A stretch of DNA of 64,000 nt from an uncultured Thermodesulfobacteriota bacterium (GTDB lineage: Bacteria; Desulfobacterota; WTBG01; CAIYCZ01; CAIRTM01), in NCBI GenBank assembly GCA_964621615.1, contig CAZUMW010000002.1:64286-128285 (forward strand), written 5' to 3'. The position numbers were made by a program, and so were the translations under genes. Below are positions 39,815 through 50,700 of the stretch, piece by piece. Numbering within the stretch: the first letter of the stretch is position 1; the number at the start of each line of letters is the position of its first letter. The notes beneath the pieces were generated by a model. That model was not told the DNA's origin. It made no database searches and was given only the letters and a program-made list of their open reading frames with translations.

Positions 39815-40075
39815 CTATTCACCCATGCTGTTGAGATCTTCGACACGCCGGCGCGCCTGTTCTTCTATCTTTCTGGCTTTTTCTACAGGCTTTTGAATAT
39901 AATCGACTCCTTTTTGTGCGGCGCGCTTCCGCATTTTTTCAATGGCACCCTCTTCATTTTGTGCTGTTTCGTTTTGCGGGCCCTCTTTTTGAGACACGTC
40001 CCCTGAGGGACCGCAGCTATACAGAAGCACTGCAGAAGCAAGAATTAAAAAAAACACATACGCTGTTTTTTTCAT
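39815..40075 (-). CDS. Small secreted lipoprotein, hypothetical
   Basis: 'MKKTAYVFFLILASAVLLYSCG' signal and lipobox followed by a charged helical tail. Confidence 0.35.
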   Translation of the reverse strand: MKKTAYVFFLILASAVLLYSCGPSGDVSQKEGPQNETAQNEEGAIEKMRKRAAQKGVDYIQKPVEKARKIEEQARRRVEDLNSMGE

Positions 40076-40330
40076 GGCGCCCCTCATGAATCAGAAGTTA
40101 AAAAAAAACCGGTCCTTAAGGCCGATAAAGGGTATCCCTCACCGTGGAAAACATACCCATAATATAAGAAAACATACCGGATAATCAACCACTAAAAAGT
40201 CATCTGCCACAGTACTGCCAGTGCCGGCTCTCAAAACAATCTATTGAATAATTGCACTTTTTTCAGGTAAGATTGATGCATGTATTACTGTACGTCGTTA
40301 TAACAGAACAACCGTTCGGAGGCGCTGCTC

Positions 40331-41530
40331 ATGTTTACCGAAAAACAGCTTCAAAAATATGCTGAAGTTCTCTTCTGGGGCCTGCAAAAAGCAAGAACCG
40401 ACAGATTCAAAAAAGGCGATATCATACTGATACGCTACGATGCAGCTGCGCGCCGGCTCGCTGAAATACTTCAGGGCGTGTTAATTGAGCGGCGCATGCA
40501 TGTTGTTATGCGCGCGCTTTCAAGCCCGGGCATGGAGCGCACCTTTTTTGAAAAAGCCAACAGGCCGCAGCTTGAATTTGAGCCGCCGGGAGAGCGGAAG
40601 CTGATGCAAAGCCTCAACGGAAGCATTTTTTTGAGCGCGCCCGAATCGCTCACCCATCTGCAGGGGATTGATTCCTCAAAAATAGCCCGGGCAGCTATTG
40701 CCCGCAAGCCGCTCAGGGACATCATTTTCAAACGCGAGGACCGCGGGCTGTTCGGCTGGACCCTGTGCTCACTGACCACCGATGCGCTGGCACAGCATGC
40801 CGGCCTTACACCGAAGCAGTACAGCGGACAAATCATCAAAGCCTGTTATCTGAGCAAACCCGACCCGGTGGGGGTCTGGGAGGATATTTACAAGCAGGCC
40901 CGGGAAATAAAAAAGTGGCTCACGCGCATGGATGCCCACACCTACCACGTGGAATCAGAAAGCGTGGATTTAACTGTCAGACGCGGGGACCGGCGGCGCT
41001 GGATCGGTATTTCAGGCCACAATATCCCGAGCTTTGAGCTGTTTATCTCGCCCGACTGGCGCGGGACGGAGGGCGTGTACTTTGCCGATTTTCCCTCATA
41101 CCGCAACGGCAATTACATTAAGGGCATACGGCTTGAGTTCAAGCGGGGCCGGGTGAAAAAGATCGATGCGGAAACAGGGCGCGATTTTGTCAAAAATCAG
41201 CTGTCAATGGATGAAGGGGCGGCACGGCTTGGCGAGTTTTCACTGACCGATACCCGCTTTTCCAAAATCGACCGGTTTATGGCCGATGTTCTGTTTGATG
41301 AAAATTTCGGCGGACGCTACGGAAATTGCCACGTGGCATGCGGTGCATCGTATTCGGATACCTATGACGGCGATCCATTGCGCTTGACCAAAAAGCGCAA
41401 GGAGGCTCTCGGGTTCAACGATTCGGCACTTCACTGGGACATGGTCAATACCGACAACAAAACCGTTACCGCACACCTTCGCGGCGGCAAAAAGGCCGTT
41501 ATTTATGAGAAAGGGCGGTTTAAGATTTAG
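40331..41530 (+). CDS. Aminopeptidase, M29 (AmpS/PepS/aminopeptidase T) family
   Basis: ~400 aa. N-terminal 'LQKYAEVLFWGLQKARTDRFKKGDIILIRYDAAARRLAE' and the overall profile match the thermophilic-metalloprotease M29 family. Confidence 0.55.
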   Translation: MFTEKQLQKYAEVLFWGLQKARTDRFKKGDIILIRYDAAARRLAEILQGVLIERRMHVVMRALSSPGMERTFFEKANRPQLEFEPPGERKLMQSLNGSIFLSAPESLTHLQGIDSSKIARAAIARKPLRDIIFKREDRGLFGWTLCSLTTDALAQHAGLTPKQYSGQIIKACYLSKPDPVGVWEDIYKQAREIKKWLTRMDAHTYHVESESVDLTVRRGDRRRWIGISGHNIPSFELFISPDWRGTEGVYFADFPSYRNGNYIKGIRLEFKRGRVKKIDAETGRDFVKNQLSMDEGAARLGEFSLTDTRFSKIDRFMADVLFDENFGGRYGNCHVACGASYSDTYDGDPLRLTKKRKEALGFNDSALHWDMVNTDNKTVTAHLRGGKKAVIYEKGRFKI

Positions 41531-41532
41531 CT

Positions 41533-42177
41533 ATGAAGCCAGCTAACAAGGATGCCGGCGGTATAAAACTTGTCCTGTTTGACTATGGCGGGGTGCTTGC
41601 CGAGGAGGGGTTCCGCAACGGCCTCAAAGCCATTGCGAACAAACACGGCCAGAATCCGGAGCGGTTTTTTGCCGAAGCACAGGATCTTATTGCCCGCTGC
41701 GGATATCTGACCGGGCAATCATCCGAAGCCGTGTTCTGGGACGAGCTTAGAAAAAGCTGGAATATTGATGATTCCGACGAGGAGATGCGCGCAGAGCTTT
41801 TTTCGCGCTTTATTTTGCGGGGCTGGATGATAGAGCTGGTGAGCGCGCTGCGCCGCATGAGCCTTCTCACCGCAGTCCTGAGCGATCAGACAAACTGGCT
41901 GGATGAGCTTGATAAGCGCGACGGGTTTTTCGGCAGGTTTGACCGGGTGTTTAACAGCTACCATCTGCACAAAACCAAGCATGACCCGTCAGTCTTTGCC
42001 GATGTAACACGAGCGATGGGCGTCCTTCCGGAGCACACCCTTTTTATTGACGACAGCCCGGGCAACGCCGAGCGTGCGCGATCCCGGGGGCTGCATGTCA
42101 TTATGTATCAGGGCCGCGCGCAGCTTGAGTGTGAACTGGGAGTCTATATCTCCGGTATACGGGAGTGTAAGATCTGA
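41533..42177 (+). CDS. HAD-superfamily hydrolase (subfamily IA-like)
   Basis: Motif I 'LVLFDYGGVL'. Later motifs 'SDQTN' and 'FIDDSPGN'. Confidence 0.6.
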   Translation: MKPANKDAGGIKLVLFDYGGVLAEEGFRNGLKAIANKHGQNPERFFAEAQDLIARCGYLTGQSSEAVFWDELRKSWNIDDSDEEMRAELFSRFILRGWMIELVSALRRMSLLTAVLSDQTNWLDELDKRDGFFGRFDRVFNSYHLHKTKHDPSVFADVTRAMGVLPEHTLFIDDSPGNAERARSRGLHVIMYQGRAQLECELGVYISGIRECKI

Positions 42178-42501
42178 GCTCTTTTGATGGTGCGCCTTTC
42201 ACGGCGCGATGATTTCGCCGACCCCGTATTCGATAAAACGCGTTTTTCACTCACCGCCCGTTCAGCACCTTCCCCGCCGGTAAAGCCAGGGTCGTAAAGG
42301 GTGCCAAATCCCATCAGGCGAAGCTTTTGTACCAGTATGCCCGGATCTGCATCGGTAGCACATGCTCATTGCCGCAGGAGGGTGGATTTTTTATTGGCAT
42401 CAGCGCGCAGGATTCCAGGCTGCCGGGAACGACTGTTCCTGAAAGTGATCCCCCAGAATTAATTTGTATACTATGCCGCAAACAGATACAATCCATTTAT
42501 T

Positions 42502-42939
42502 ATGATACACATGAAACATGGTCAGAAACGGGAGCTTATCGGCTTCATACGCACCGTGCTTGGCTGCGGATGCCCTGATGAAGTCCTTTCAGACCTGAAG
42601 CTTTCAGAGCCTCTTGACGCATTCAGCGATATGCCCGTTGATTTTCTGGTGAATGCCGGGGGTCGCCTTCTTGTCGCGCTGTGCATATGCCACAGACAGA
42701 CGGCGCTGGAGCAGCAGCTCAGCCGGTGTTTTGAAACAGGCAGGCGTATGAGGGACGAGGAAGGGTTTAACCGGTTCCGCTTTGTTGCGGCGGTAAACGA
42801 CCCGGAACGTTCTGCCCCGTCTCTGCAGGACCGTTTCGACAGCCTGCAGGGCTCTGATGACAGGCTGCACCTTCATATAGTCGATCCCTCAGCGCTGCCG
42901 GGCTTTTTCGCTGAGTTGCAGCGATCACACCTTTCATAA
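42502..42939 (+). CDS. Hypothetical protein
   Basis: ORF with no recognisable motif. Confidence 0.25.
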   Translation: MIHMKHGQKRELIGFIRTVLGCGCPDEVLSDLKLSEPLDAFSDMPVDFLVNAGGRLLVALCICHRQTALEQQLSRCFETGRRMRDEEGFNRFRFVAAVNDPERSAPSLQDRFDSLQGSDDRLHLHIVDPSALPGFFAELQRSHLS

Positions 42940-43029
42940 TATTATCATAATATGGTGTCCGGCCACACCGCATCTGATCGCGTGAATATGTTCATATTAC
43001 GCATTGTTGGGGGGGGAGGAAAAGCCCAG

Positions 43030-43587
43030 ATGATCAGGCGGAAAAATCACGTATGTCCTGTTGAGCGTGCAGGAAGCCTTGACGGCAGGCTTCGGCAATG
43101 GATACACAGGCCCGAAAAAATACTGAGGCCGTATGTAAAAGAAGGAATGACCACGCTTGATCTCGGCTGCGGGCCGGGCTTCTTTACTGTTGCCATGGCA
43201 CATATGGTTGGTGCACAGGGACGCGTTATTGCAGCGGACCTGCAGAAGGGAATGCTTGATAGGCTCAAAAATAAGGTATCCGCAACGGCGCTGGAGCACC
43301 GTGTTGTTTTCCACCTGTGCGAGCGGGAAACAATAGGCGTATCGGAGAGCGTGGATTTTACCCTGGCGTTTTATGTGGTTCATGAAATTCCCGACCAGTC
43401 GGCTTTTTTTGGAGAATTAGCATCTATAATGCAGCCGGGCGGATATGCCCTTGTTGTTGAGCCCCCGCTTCATGTGTCCGGGTCGGCTTTTGATGAAATG
43501 ATCCGGATCGCTGGTGGTGCCGGATTTTCATCGTCAGAGGGTCCGAAAATATTTTTTGGCAAAAGCGTTATCTTGAAAAATTTGTAG
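43030..43587 (+). CDS. Class I SAM-dependent methyltransferase
   Basis: Motif I 'TLDLGCGPGFF' and motif post-I 'VIAADL'. RBS 'ggaggaaaagccc' before ATG 43030. Confidence 0.6.
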   Translation: MIRRKNHVCPVERAGSLDGRLRQWIHRPEKILRPYVKEGMTTLDLGCGPGFFTVAMAHMVGAQGRVIAADLQKGMLDRLKNKVSATALEHRVVFHLCERETIGVSESVDFTLAFYVVHEIPDQSAFFGELASIMQPGGYALVVEPPLHVSGSAFDEMIRIAGGAGFSSSEGPKIFFGKSVILKNL

Positions 43588-43660
43588 CACATGCAGGTCT
43601 TTCGTGCGTCCGCTCGGCAATCGAAAGCCTCCGCAGAGCGTGAACAGGTGACCGAACACT

Positions 43661-44158
43661 GTGAATATATTTATCCTTGACCGCGACATTAAAACCTGCG
43701 CGCGGTATCATGCGGATCAGCATGTAATTAAGATGATACTCGAAAGCGCACAAATGCTCTGCACGGTTATTAACGAAAGCGGCGGGTCAGCTCCCTACCG
43801 TTCAACCCACTGGAACCATCCCTGCACGCTCTGGGCGGCTGCGTCACTGTCAAACTGGCAGTGGCTCAGGAGCCTGGCTGTGGCGCTGAACGATGAATAT
43901 CGCTATCGGTTCCAGGCTGCTTCAGATCATGAATCAGCACGTGTGGTGCGCGCGCTTACCCTTCCCGCTATAACGGACAAAGGGATTACTGAGTTCGTCC
44001 AGGCTATGCCTGAAAAATACCGGGTGCCGGGCGATGCGGTGCAAGCCTATCGCCGCTTCTATATCGGTGAAAAAGCCCGGTTTGCAAAATGGTCCCGGCG
44101 CAGGCCGCCGAAATGGTTTGCGAACAGTGCGTGGGCTCATGTAAAAAATGATAGCTGA
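43661..44158 (+). CDS. Possible pyrimidine-dimer DNA glycosylase (DenV/EndoV-T4-like), low confidence
   Basis: N-terminal 'MNIFILDRDIKTCARYHADQHVIKMILESAQML' loosely parallels the T4 endonuclease V N-terminus. Otherwise a hypothetical. Confidence 0.3.
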   Translation: MNIFILDRDIKTCARYHADQHVIKMILESAQMLCTVINESGGSAPYRSTHWNHPCTLWAAASLSNWQWLRSLAVALNDEYRYRFQAASDHESARVVRALTLPAITDKGITEFVQAMPEKYRVPGDAVQAYRRFYIGEKARFAKWSRRRPPKWFANSAWAHVKNDS

Positions 44159-44317
44159 CCGCTTCGCTTTTGTGCCGAAGCGCCGCGCCGCACGGAAGCG
44201 GAAGGCTTTATTTTTGTCCTGTGCGCACAGCGCTCGGGAAACCGCAAACAAAAAAGCAAAACAGTGGTTAGCAGCACATAGGGGTAGCGTCAAAAACAGG
44301 TGCTTTTTTTGAGAGAC

Positions 44318-45607
44318 TTACCGAATCACCCTGGCCTGTGTGCGCGCAAGCGTTTCAAGCAGTGTCGCCCCTGCTGAGCCGGCATCGGTATTGCGGTACA
44401 CTGCCTGCAGCCGCTGTGCATTTTCGAGAATGGTTCGGTCGGTGAGGGCTGTTGTGAGCGCTGCCCGGAGGCGGTCGGCTGTGAGCCGCCGGTAGGGAAC
44501 CCTTACGGAAACGCCCGCAGCAACGCATCTGCTTGCAGTTTCGTACAGATCCTGCGTAACGGGAACAACCACTGACGGCAGCCCGTGTCTGATTGTGTCC
44601 TGGGCTATGCCCTGCCCGCCGTGATGGATAACCGCCGCTGCGCGGGGAAGGATTCTGGCGTGCGGAACAAACTGCTCCACGCGCAAGTTGTCTGGAACGC
44701 TTCCCAGCGCGGCAGTGTCTATATTTCTTCCCACGGCCATGACCACCTGATAGGGCTCATTTTTCAGGGCGTCCCGAACGACCGTGAAATAGGAAAGCGA
44801 ACGGAATATCTGCACGGTTCCCAAGGTAGCGTATATGAGCGGCCTGTCCTCCGGCAGTGTATCGATCCAGTCAAATGCCGCCTCATCGGTCAGGCTTTTG
44901 CCCCAGGACGCGGGGCCTACCAGGTGTGCTTGAGCCGGCCAGTCGGAGCGCTTGTATTCGAATCCCTCACAGGTGAAAACGAGAATCAGATACGGGGAAA
45001 GGGGCCCGTACAGCACACAGCGCCTGGATGGGGCCAGGTTTAAGGATGCGCGCACCCGGTTAAAGTCTGCATCGAAAGCGCGAAGAAACAAATCCTGACC
45101 GGCGCGTATGATACCGTAACAGAAGCGTGCCAGCGGGCTATTAGAGGGCGGCAGCCCCCATGTAGTGAACGGCGGCGCGTCGCGGGTTGGGATAAAGCCG
45201 GGTATCGGGCAGGAGGTTGCCCACAGCAGGCCGCAGGCTTCAGCAACAAACGCTCCGGCATAGGTTATCGAGTCGGTAACAACGGCGTCAGGGACAAAGC
45301 GCTCAACAGCATTTCTCAGATCACCAACCGTTTCCCCGGCGTGCTCAGCGAGCACCTTGATGCCGTAGTAATTGCCCCGCATCCCTTTGTGGCGGAGCAT
45401 TTTATTTGTCAGGCTGCTCATGCGGGAATGCCAGCCGGGAGGGCCGGCGGAAAAAAATTCAAGGCCGGCCGATTCGATGCTGTAGCGGAAATCAGACCCG
45501 GTAGCAACAACAACATGATGGCCGCGGCCCGCAAGCTCCACCGCCGAAGGCAGCATCGGATTTATATGCCCCAGCTGAGGCACAACGGAAAAAAGAAATC
45601 GCGCCAC
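44318..45607 (-). CDS. UDP-glycosyltransferase (GT1/MGT family)
   Basis: N-terminal 'FLFSVVPQLGHINPMLPSAVELAGRGHHV' and C-terminal 'HHGGQGIAQDTIRHGLP' donor-binding motif. Confidence 0.65.
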   Translation of the reverse strand: MARFLFSVVPQLGHINPMLPSAVELAGRGHHVVVATGSDFRYSIESAGLEFFSAGPPGWHSRMSSLTNKMLRHKGMRGNYYGIKVLAEHAGETVGDLRNAVERFVPDAVVTDSITYAGAFVAEACGLLWATSCPIPGFIPTRDAPPFTTWGLPPSNSPLARFCYGIIRAGQDLFLRAFDADFNRVRASLNLAPSRRCVLYGPLSPYLILVFTCEGFEYKRSDWPAQAHLVGPASWGKSLTDEAAFDWIDTLPEDRPLIYATLGTVQIFRSLSYFTVVRDALKNEPYQVVMAVGRNIDTAALGSVPDNLRVEQFVPHARILPRAAAVIHHGGQGIAQDTIRHGLPSVVVPVTQDLYETASRCVAAGVSVRVPYRRLTADRLRAALTTALTDRTILENAQRLQAVYRNTDAGSAGATLLETLARTQARVIR

Positions 45608-45622
45608 AGGAAATTCTCCGGG

Positions 45623-46267
45623 TCAGACTTTTATGAGTATCGCTTCTGCATCAACGCCGCCGAAAAGCCCCATGAAGGTGCGCTCCCTTTTTGTAATCCG
45701 GAAATCAGTCAGCCGGAGGCCGCTGCTTTCGCCCAGCGCCCGTACCCTGTTTAAAAATGTTTCATTGCCCAGAAGCCATATCGGTCCGTCACAGGGGTGA
45801 TTTACTATCCTGTTGGGTGCCTTGTGCTCTTTTGCTCCGACAATGTCGAAAATAACAAAAGCGCCGCCCGGCTTGAGAACTCTGGACACCTCACCAAAAA
45901 GACGTCCGTGATCAAGCAAATGATGAAAAGCGTCAGCAACGACAACCTTGTCAAAAGTCCGGTCTCGAAAGCACAGCCGGTACGCTGTGCCGGCGACGCC
46001 GTTTTTTATTCGTCCCTTTTTCCTGCCGAATGCAACAAAGCGCGGATTAATATCCAGGCTGACTGTGCGGAGGCCCGCCTTGTCGTTAAATAGCCGTGAG
46101 CAGCGGCCGGTGCCGCACCCGAGCTCAAGAACCAGCCCGTCCCCGGCCGAAATACTGACTTTGCGGAAGCGTTTGAGCAGGATATCGGGAAAATGCCCTA
46201 TAAAATCAAGAAGTTCATAAGCCCGCGCGTAGCGGTAATTTATGCGTGCGTAAAGTGAAGGTTTCAC
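45623..46267 (-). CDS. Class I SAM-dependent methyltransferase
   Basis: 'VLELGCGTGRCS' motif I and 'LKPGGAFVI' motif III. Confidence 0.6.
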   Translation of the reverse strand: MKPSLYARINYRYARAYELLDFIGHFPDILLKRFRKVSISAGDGLVLELGCGTGRCSRLFNDKAGLRTVSLDINPRFVAFGRKKGRIKNGVAGTAYRLCFRDRTFDKVVVADAFHHLLDHGRLFGEVSRVLKPGGAFVIFDIVGAKEHKAPNRIVNHPCDGPIWLLGNETFLNRVRALGESSGLRLTDFRITKRERTFMGLFGGVDAEAILIKV

Positions 46268-46475
46268 CGTTGCGGGACTCTCAGCTTGATGGTGGAAACC
46301 GTTTCTTTATATGATATCTCAGTGGGAGTGTCAACAAATGAACAGGACCGCCGGGGATGTTTGTGCTGTTCGAGAAGTAAAAAGTATTTCAAAATACAAA
46401 TTATTTTGATAACATAATATCCCATAAGTTATGTTTTTCCGGTATTACCTTTAGGCGGTATTTGAAGGAGAAACG

Positions 46476-47483
46476 GTGAATCAAAGCAGTCGCTGTCTGC
46501 AATGCGTTATGCCGGAGGTCACTGGGCATGTTGATTTTGACGAAGGCGGTGTGTGCAGTATGTGCCGCCGCCTGGCAGAAAACACACACCGGAGCCCAGA
46601 CCCGGAGCCCGGCGGCATTGAGGCGCTTCGTGAGGCAGTGGCGTGTATCAAGCGGGATTATCCCTGCAGCGGCGATTATGACTGTATCGCTGCCGTTTCC
46701 GGCGGCAAAGACAGCACCATGGCCCTGCATATTGTAAAAAAGCAGCTGCGCCTGAGCCCTCTGGCCGTGTTTGTGGACAACGGCTTCTGCAGCGACACCA
46801 TGTACCGGAATGTTATCAGCGCAACCGACATACTTGACGTTGACCTGATTATAATCAAGCCCCGCCTCATAAAAGCCCTGTTCAAATATCTGCTGCCATT
46901 GAAAAAGCCTATATATTACTGTAGGGTCTGTAATGCCCTGATTGACAGATACCTGCGCGAAACCGCAGCCCGCCATGGTGTGACCCTTTTGGTTGGCGGC
47001 TATACAAAGGGACAGGATTTTCTTAAAGGCAGGGAGCTGTTCTGGATATACAGGACTTCTGATGAGCAGCTGTGCGAGGCTACTGCGGGCCTTGCCGATT
47101 TCAGAGAGGTTCATGAAATGTTTCAGAGCCTGTCGCTTTATTTTCATAAGACGTTTAATGACGTATGTCTGGTTTCACCCTTTCAGTATGTGGATTATAA
47201 TGAGCGTGAGATTCTCGAAACTATTTCGCGCGATCTTAACTTTCAGCTGCCGTCAGACAGCTGGCCGGCCGGATCGACAAACTGCCTGTTCAATGTTGTG
47301 TCACAATTTTTGGCCGTAAGCTTTTTCGGCTACTCTCAGCATGAGGTGGAAATCAGCATGCTGGTCCGTAACGGAGAGATGACCAGGCAGCGGGCGCTTG
47401 AAATTGTCAACACCCCCATGCCTCAGGAACACATAAACATGGTGCTGGGAAGGCTCGGCCTTGTCAGTCATCAAATACTGTAG
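46476..47483 (+). CDS. N-acetyl sugar amidotransferase-like PP-loop ATP pyrophosphatase (WbpG/LPS-biosynthesis-like)
   Basis: N-terminal Cys-rich 'CLQC...CSMC' zinc ribbon followed by the PP-loop 'AVSGGKDST'. Confidence 0.55.
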   Translation: MNQSSRCLQCVMPEVTGHVDFDEGGVCSMCRRLAENTHRSPDPEPGGIEALREAVACIKRDYPCSGDYDCIAAVSGGKDSTMALHIVKKQLRLSPLAVFVDNGFCSDTMYRNVISATDILDVDLIIIKPRLIKALFKYLLPLKKPIYYCRVCNALIDRYLRETAARHGVTLLVGGYTKGQDFLKGRELFWIYRTSDEQLCEATAGLADFREVHEMFQSLSLYFHKTFNDVCLVSPFQYVDYNEREILETISRDLNFQLPSDSWPAGSTNCLFNVVSQFLAVSFFGYSQHEVEISMLVRNGEMTRQRALEIVNTPMPQEHINMVLGRLGLVSHQIL

Positions 47484-47794
47484 AACAAGCGTGTCCAGAG
47501 TAAATTAAAGCAATTGAGCAAAAGCCGGTCCGGGCGGGCCTCTGGGCAGCCTCCGCCACATGAAGCCTCACTTCATGAACGGCACTATGCTGCCCAATGA
47601 AATATGTTACAGGCATTGTGCAGGGATTGCCCCGGGCAGCGCCTTCCGCCGGGCCGTGTGTGTGATGAATAGTAACGGCACGTACCGCTGCATAACCTCT
47701 TGAAGCTGGTGCGGGGGCATTGCAGAGCCCCGCCCGAAACGGCTTCGTTAGATTATTGTGGACACCAGTGACTGTAGAATAACAAGAGGCTAAA

Positions 47795-50700
47795 ATGTCC
47801 GGACAAAAAAAGTTCAGCTGCGTTCTGTTTGGAACCACAAGTCTTCTTATCCGCTGCGGCGATCTTATCAAACACCGCGGCCACACGATTACGGGAGTTG
47901 TTTCGTCCGACCCGGCGGTGTGCTCGTGGGCTGAAAAAAATTCGATTGCCTGCATTGCTCCCGGGGAAGATCCGGCCGGTTTTCTTGCCCGGGACCCTTT
48001 TGACGTGCTGTTCAGCATTATCAACCCGGCAATTCTGCAGCCGCCGATTCTGGACTTGCCTCGTAAGTATGCGATCAACTATCACGACGCCTTGCTGCCC
48101 CGGTATGCAGGCATGCATGCCACTTCCTGGGCACTCCTGAACCGGGAGCCGCAGCACGGCGTAACCTGGCACATTATGGAGCCGGGCGTCGACACGGGCG
48201 CTGTTTTGAAGCAGCGCTGCGTAACGGTAGGTGAGCGCGATACCGCCTTCAGCCTCAACCTTAAATGCTTTGAGGCTGCGATAAGCTCATTTTCAGAACT
48301 GCTGGAAGAGCTTGCAGCCGGCCGGGAAAAGCCCGTAGTACAGAAGAAGGATGAACGGTCCTACTTCGGCAAATATCGGCGCCCCGAGGCAGGGTGCGTG
48401 CTTTCATGGCGCCGAGGCCATGCAGAGATTGACGCCCTTGTCAGGGCGCTGGATTTCGGTTACGTGGAAAATCCTGTCGGGGTTCCTAAAATAGCAGTTG
48501 AAAACAGCTTTGTTATTGTTTCTAAATCACACATAGCAGGATCATCATCAGGCGCTGCACCCGGCACAATTGTAGCCTGTGATGATCGATCGGTGCAGGT
48601 GGCCACGGCCGGGCGCGATCTTGTTCTTGATCGTTTGCACGAACTCGATGGATCCCCGCTTCCCCTTCATGATTTTATGACCAGGTACCGGCTCAGCACA
48701 GGGGCCCGTCTTCCGGGACTTACCCCTGATACAGAGCACAGGCTTACAGCACTCTACAGTGATACCTGCAGGCATGAGGCCTACTGGGCCGAACAGCTGC
48801 TGCATGCGAGCCCGGTTTCGCTGACAGCAGATCGTTTGCTTTCGCCCTCCTGCCCGCAGCACCGGCTTGCCAGCGTTCTGCTGCGGGTGCCGAAACCGTT
48901 TATTCGTCTGAGCGAATCGGCCGGCGGCCCTGATCGCTGTCGGCAGCTGATTGCAGCATTTGCCGCATACATATCACGAGTCACCGAAGCTGATGATTTT
49001 GCCCTGGGATATATGCATGAGCAGCTGAGCGGCAGAATAGACGGTTTGGAAGCTTTTTTTGCATCGTGTGTGCCCCTTGTGCTGAAAGCCGGGCAGCAGG
49101 CATCCTTTGTAAATAGGATGGAACAAACGGCCGCAAGTGTTGCTGAGGCCGAGCGCCGCATTACCTATCCCAATGACCTGTTTGCCCGCTATCCTTGGCT
49201 GGAGCAGGCGGAGCCGGCTGTGCGGCGGGCCGCATTCCCGATCGCGGTGAGCAGGGTTCGCAGCCTCGATGACTATACAGCACCGCCGAACAGCCAGTGC
49301 GCGCTGGTTGTTTCCGACGATGTACGCGCCTGCCGGCTGGTGTTTGACACAAGCGTATTCAGCCGGGATTTTATGTACCGCATGCGGGAGCATCTTTGCT
49401 CTTTTATGCAGGCTGTCGGGGATAATCCCGACAGGCCAGTTGAAACACTTCCTCTTCTGACACCCGGCGAGCGCCAGAAAATAATAAACGAGTGGAACAG
49501 CACTGCAGCGGATTATGACCGGGGCGCCTGCATACACAGGCTTTTTGAAACACAGGCCTCTCGAAGCCCCCGCAATATCGCAACCGTGTTTGGCGGCACG
49601 GCGTTAACCTATGAGGAGCTTAACAAAAAAGCAAACCAGATTGCCTGGCACCTGCACAAAAAGGGGGTCGGACCCGGTGCGCTTGTCGGCATCAGCCTTG
49701 ACCGGTCTCATGAAATGATTATCGGTTTGCTGGCGATACTGAAAGCAGGGGGCGCCTATGTCCCGCTCGAGCCCTCATTTCCCCGTGAGCGGCTGCTGTC
49801 AATCGTGCGCAGTGCCGGAATCAGGAACATTCTCACGCAGAAAAAACACGCCGGTCTCTTTGCCGGGGCCGATGCCGTGCTGATTGAAACAGATCGTGAA
49901 GCAGAAACAATTGCACAGGAGAATACCGGGGAGGGCCCCTCGTGTGCAGCAGCGCCTGATACCACCGCCTATGTTATTTTCACCTCAGGCAGCACAGGTA
50001 AGCCGAAGGGCGCTGTTGTCGCACACCGGCCCGTTATAAACCTTATCCAGTGGGCACACAGAACCTTTTCGTTTTCTGAAAGAGATTCCGTTCTGTTTGT
50101 CACAGCGCTCAGCTTTGACCTGTCTGTTTTTGATGTATTCGGCCTGCTTGCCTGCGGCGGAACCATACACATTGTGAGCGACGAGCGCCGTAGAGATGTC
50201 AACTATCTTGTCGATATGATGCTGGAGGGGCGGATAACATTCTGGGATTCAGCGCCGGCAGCTCTTGATATGCTTGTTCCTGCTTTGCGGTCCAGGCAGC
50301 AGCTTTCAGATCCGGCTCTCAGGCTGGTTTTTCTAAGCGGGGACTGGATTCCTCTGTCATTACCCGATACGATAAGGCGGCATTTCCCCCGGGCAGAGGT
50401 AGTTGCGCTGGGCGGCGCGACAGAAGCAACGGTGTGGTCGAACTTTTTTCGCTTCGATGCAGTGGACCCGGCCTGGAAGAGCATTCCCTACGGGCGCCCT
50501 ATTCAGAACGCGCGCTATTATATCCTGGACCGGCGCCTTAACCCGTGTCCTGTCGGCGTTGCAGGAGATTTGTACATAGGCGGCGAGTGTCTGAGCAGCG
50601 GCTACCTCAACGAGCCGGAGCTGACAGCACAGAGCTTCCTGCATGATCCCTTCGCCGATCTGCCGGATGCACGAATGTACCGGACCGGAGACAGAGCCCG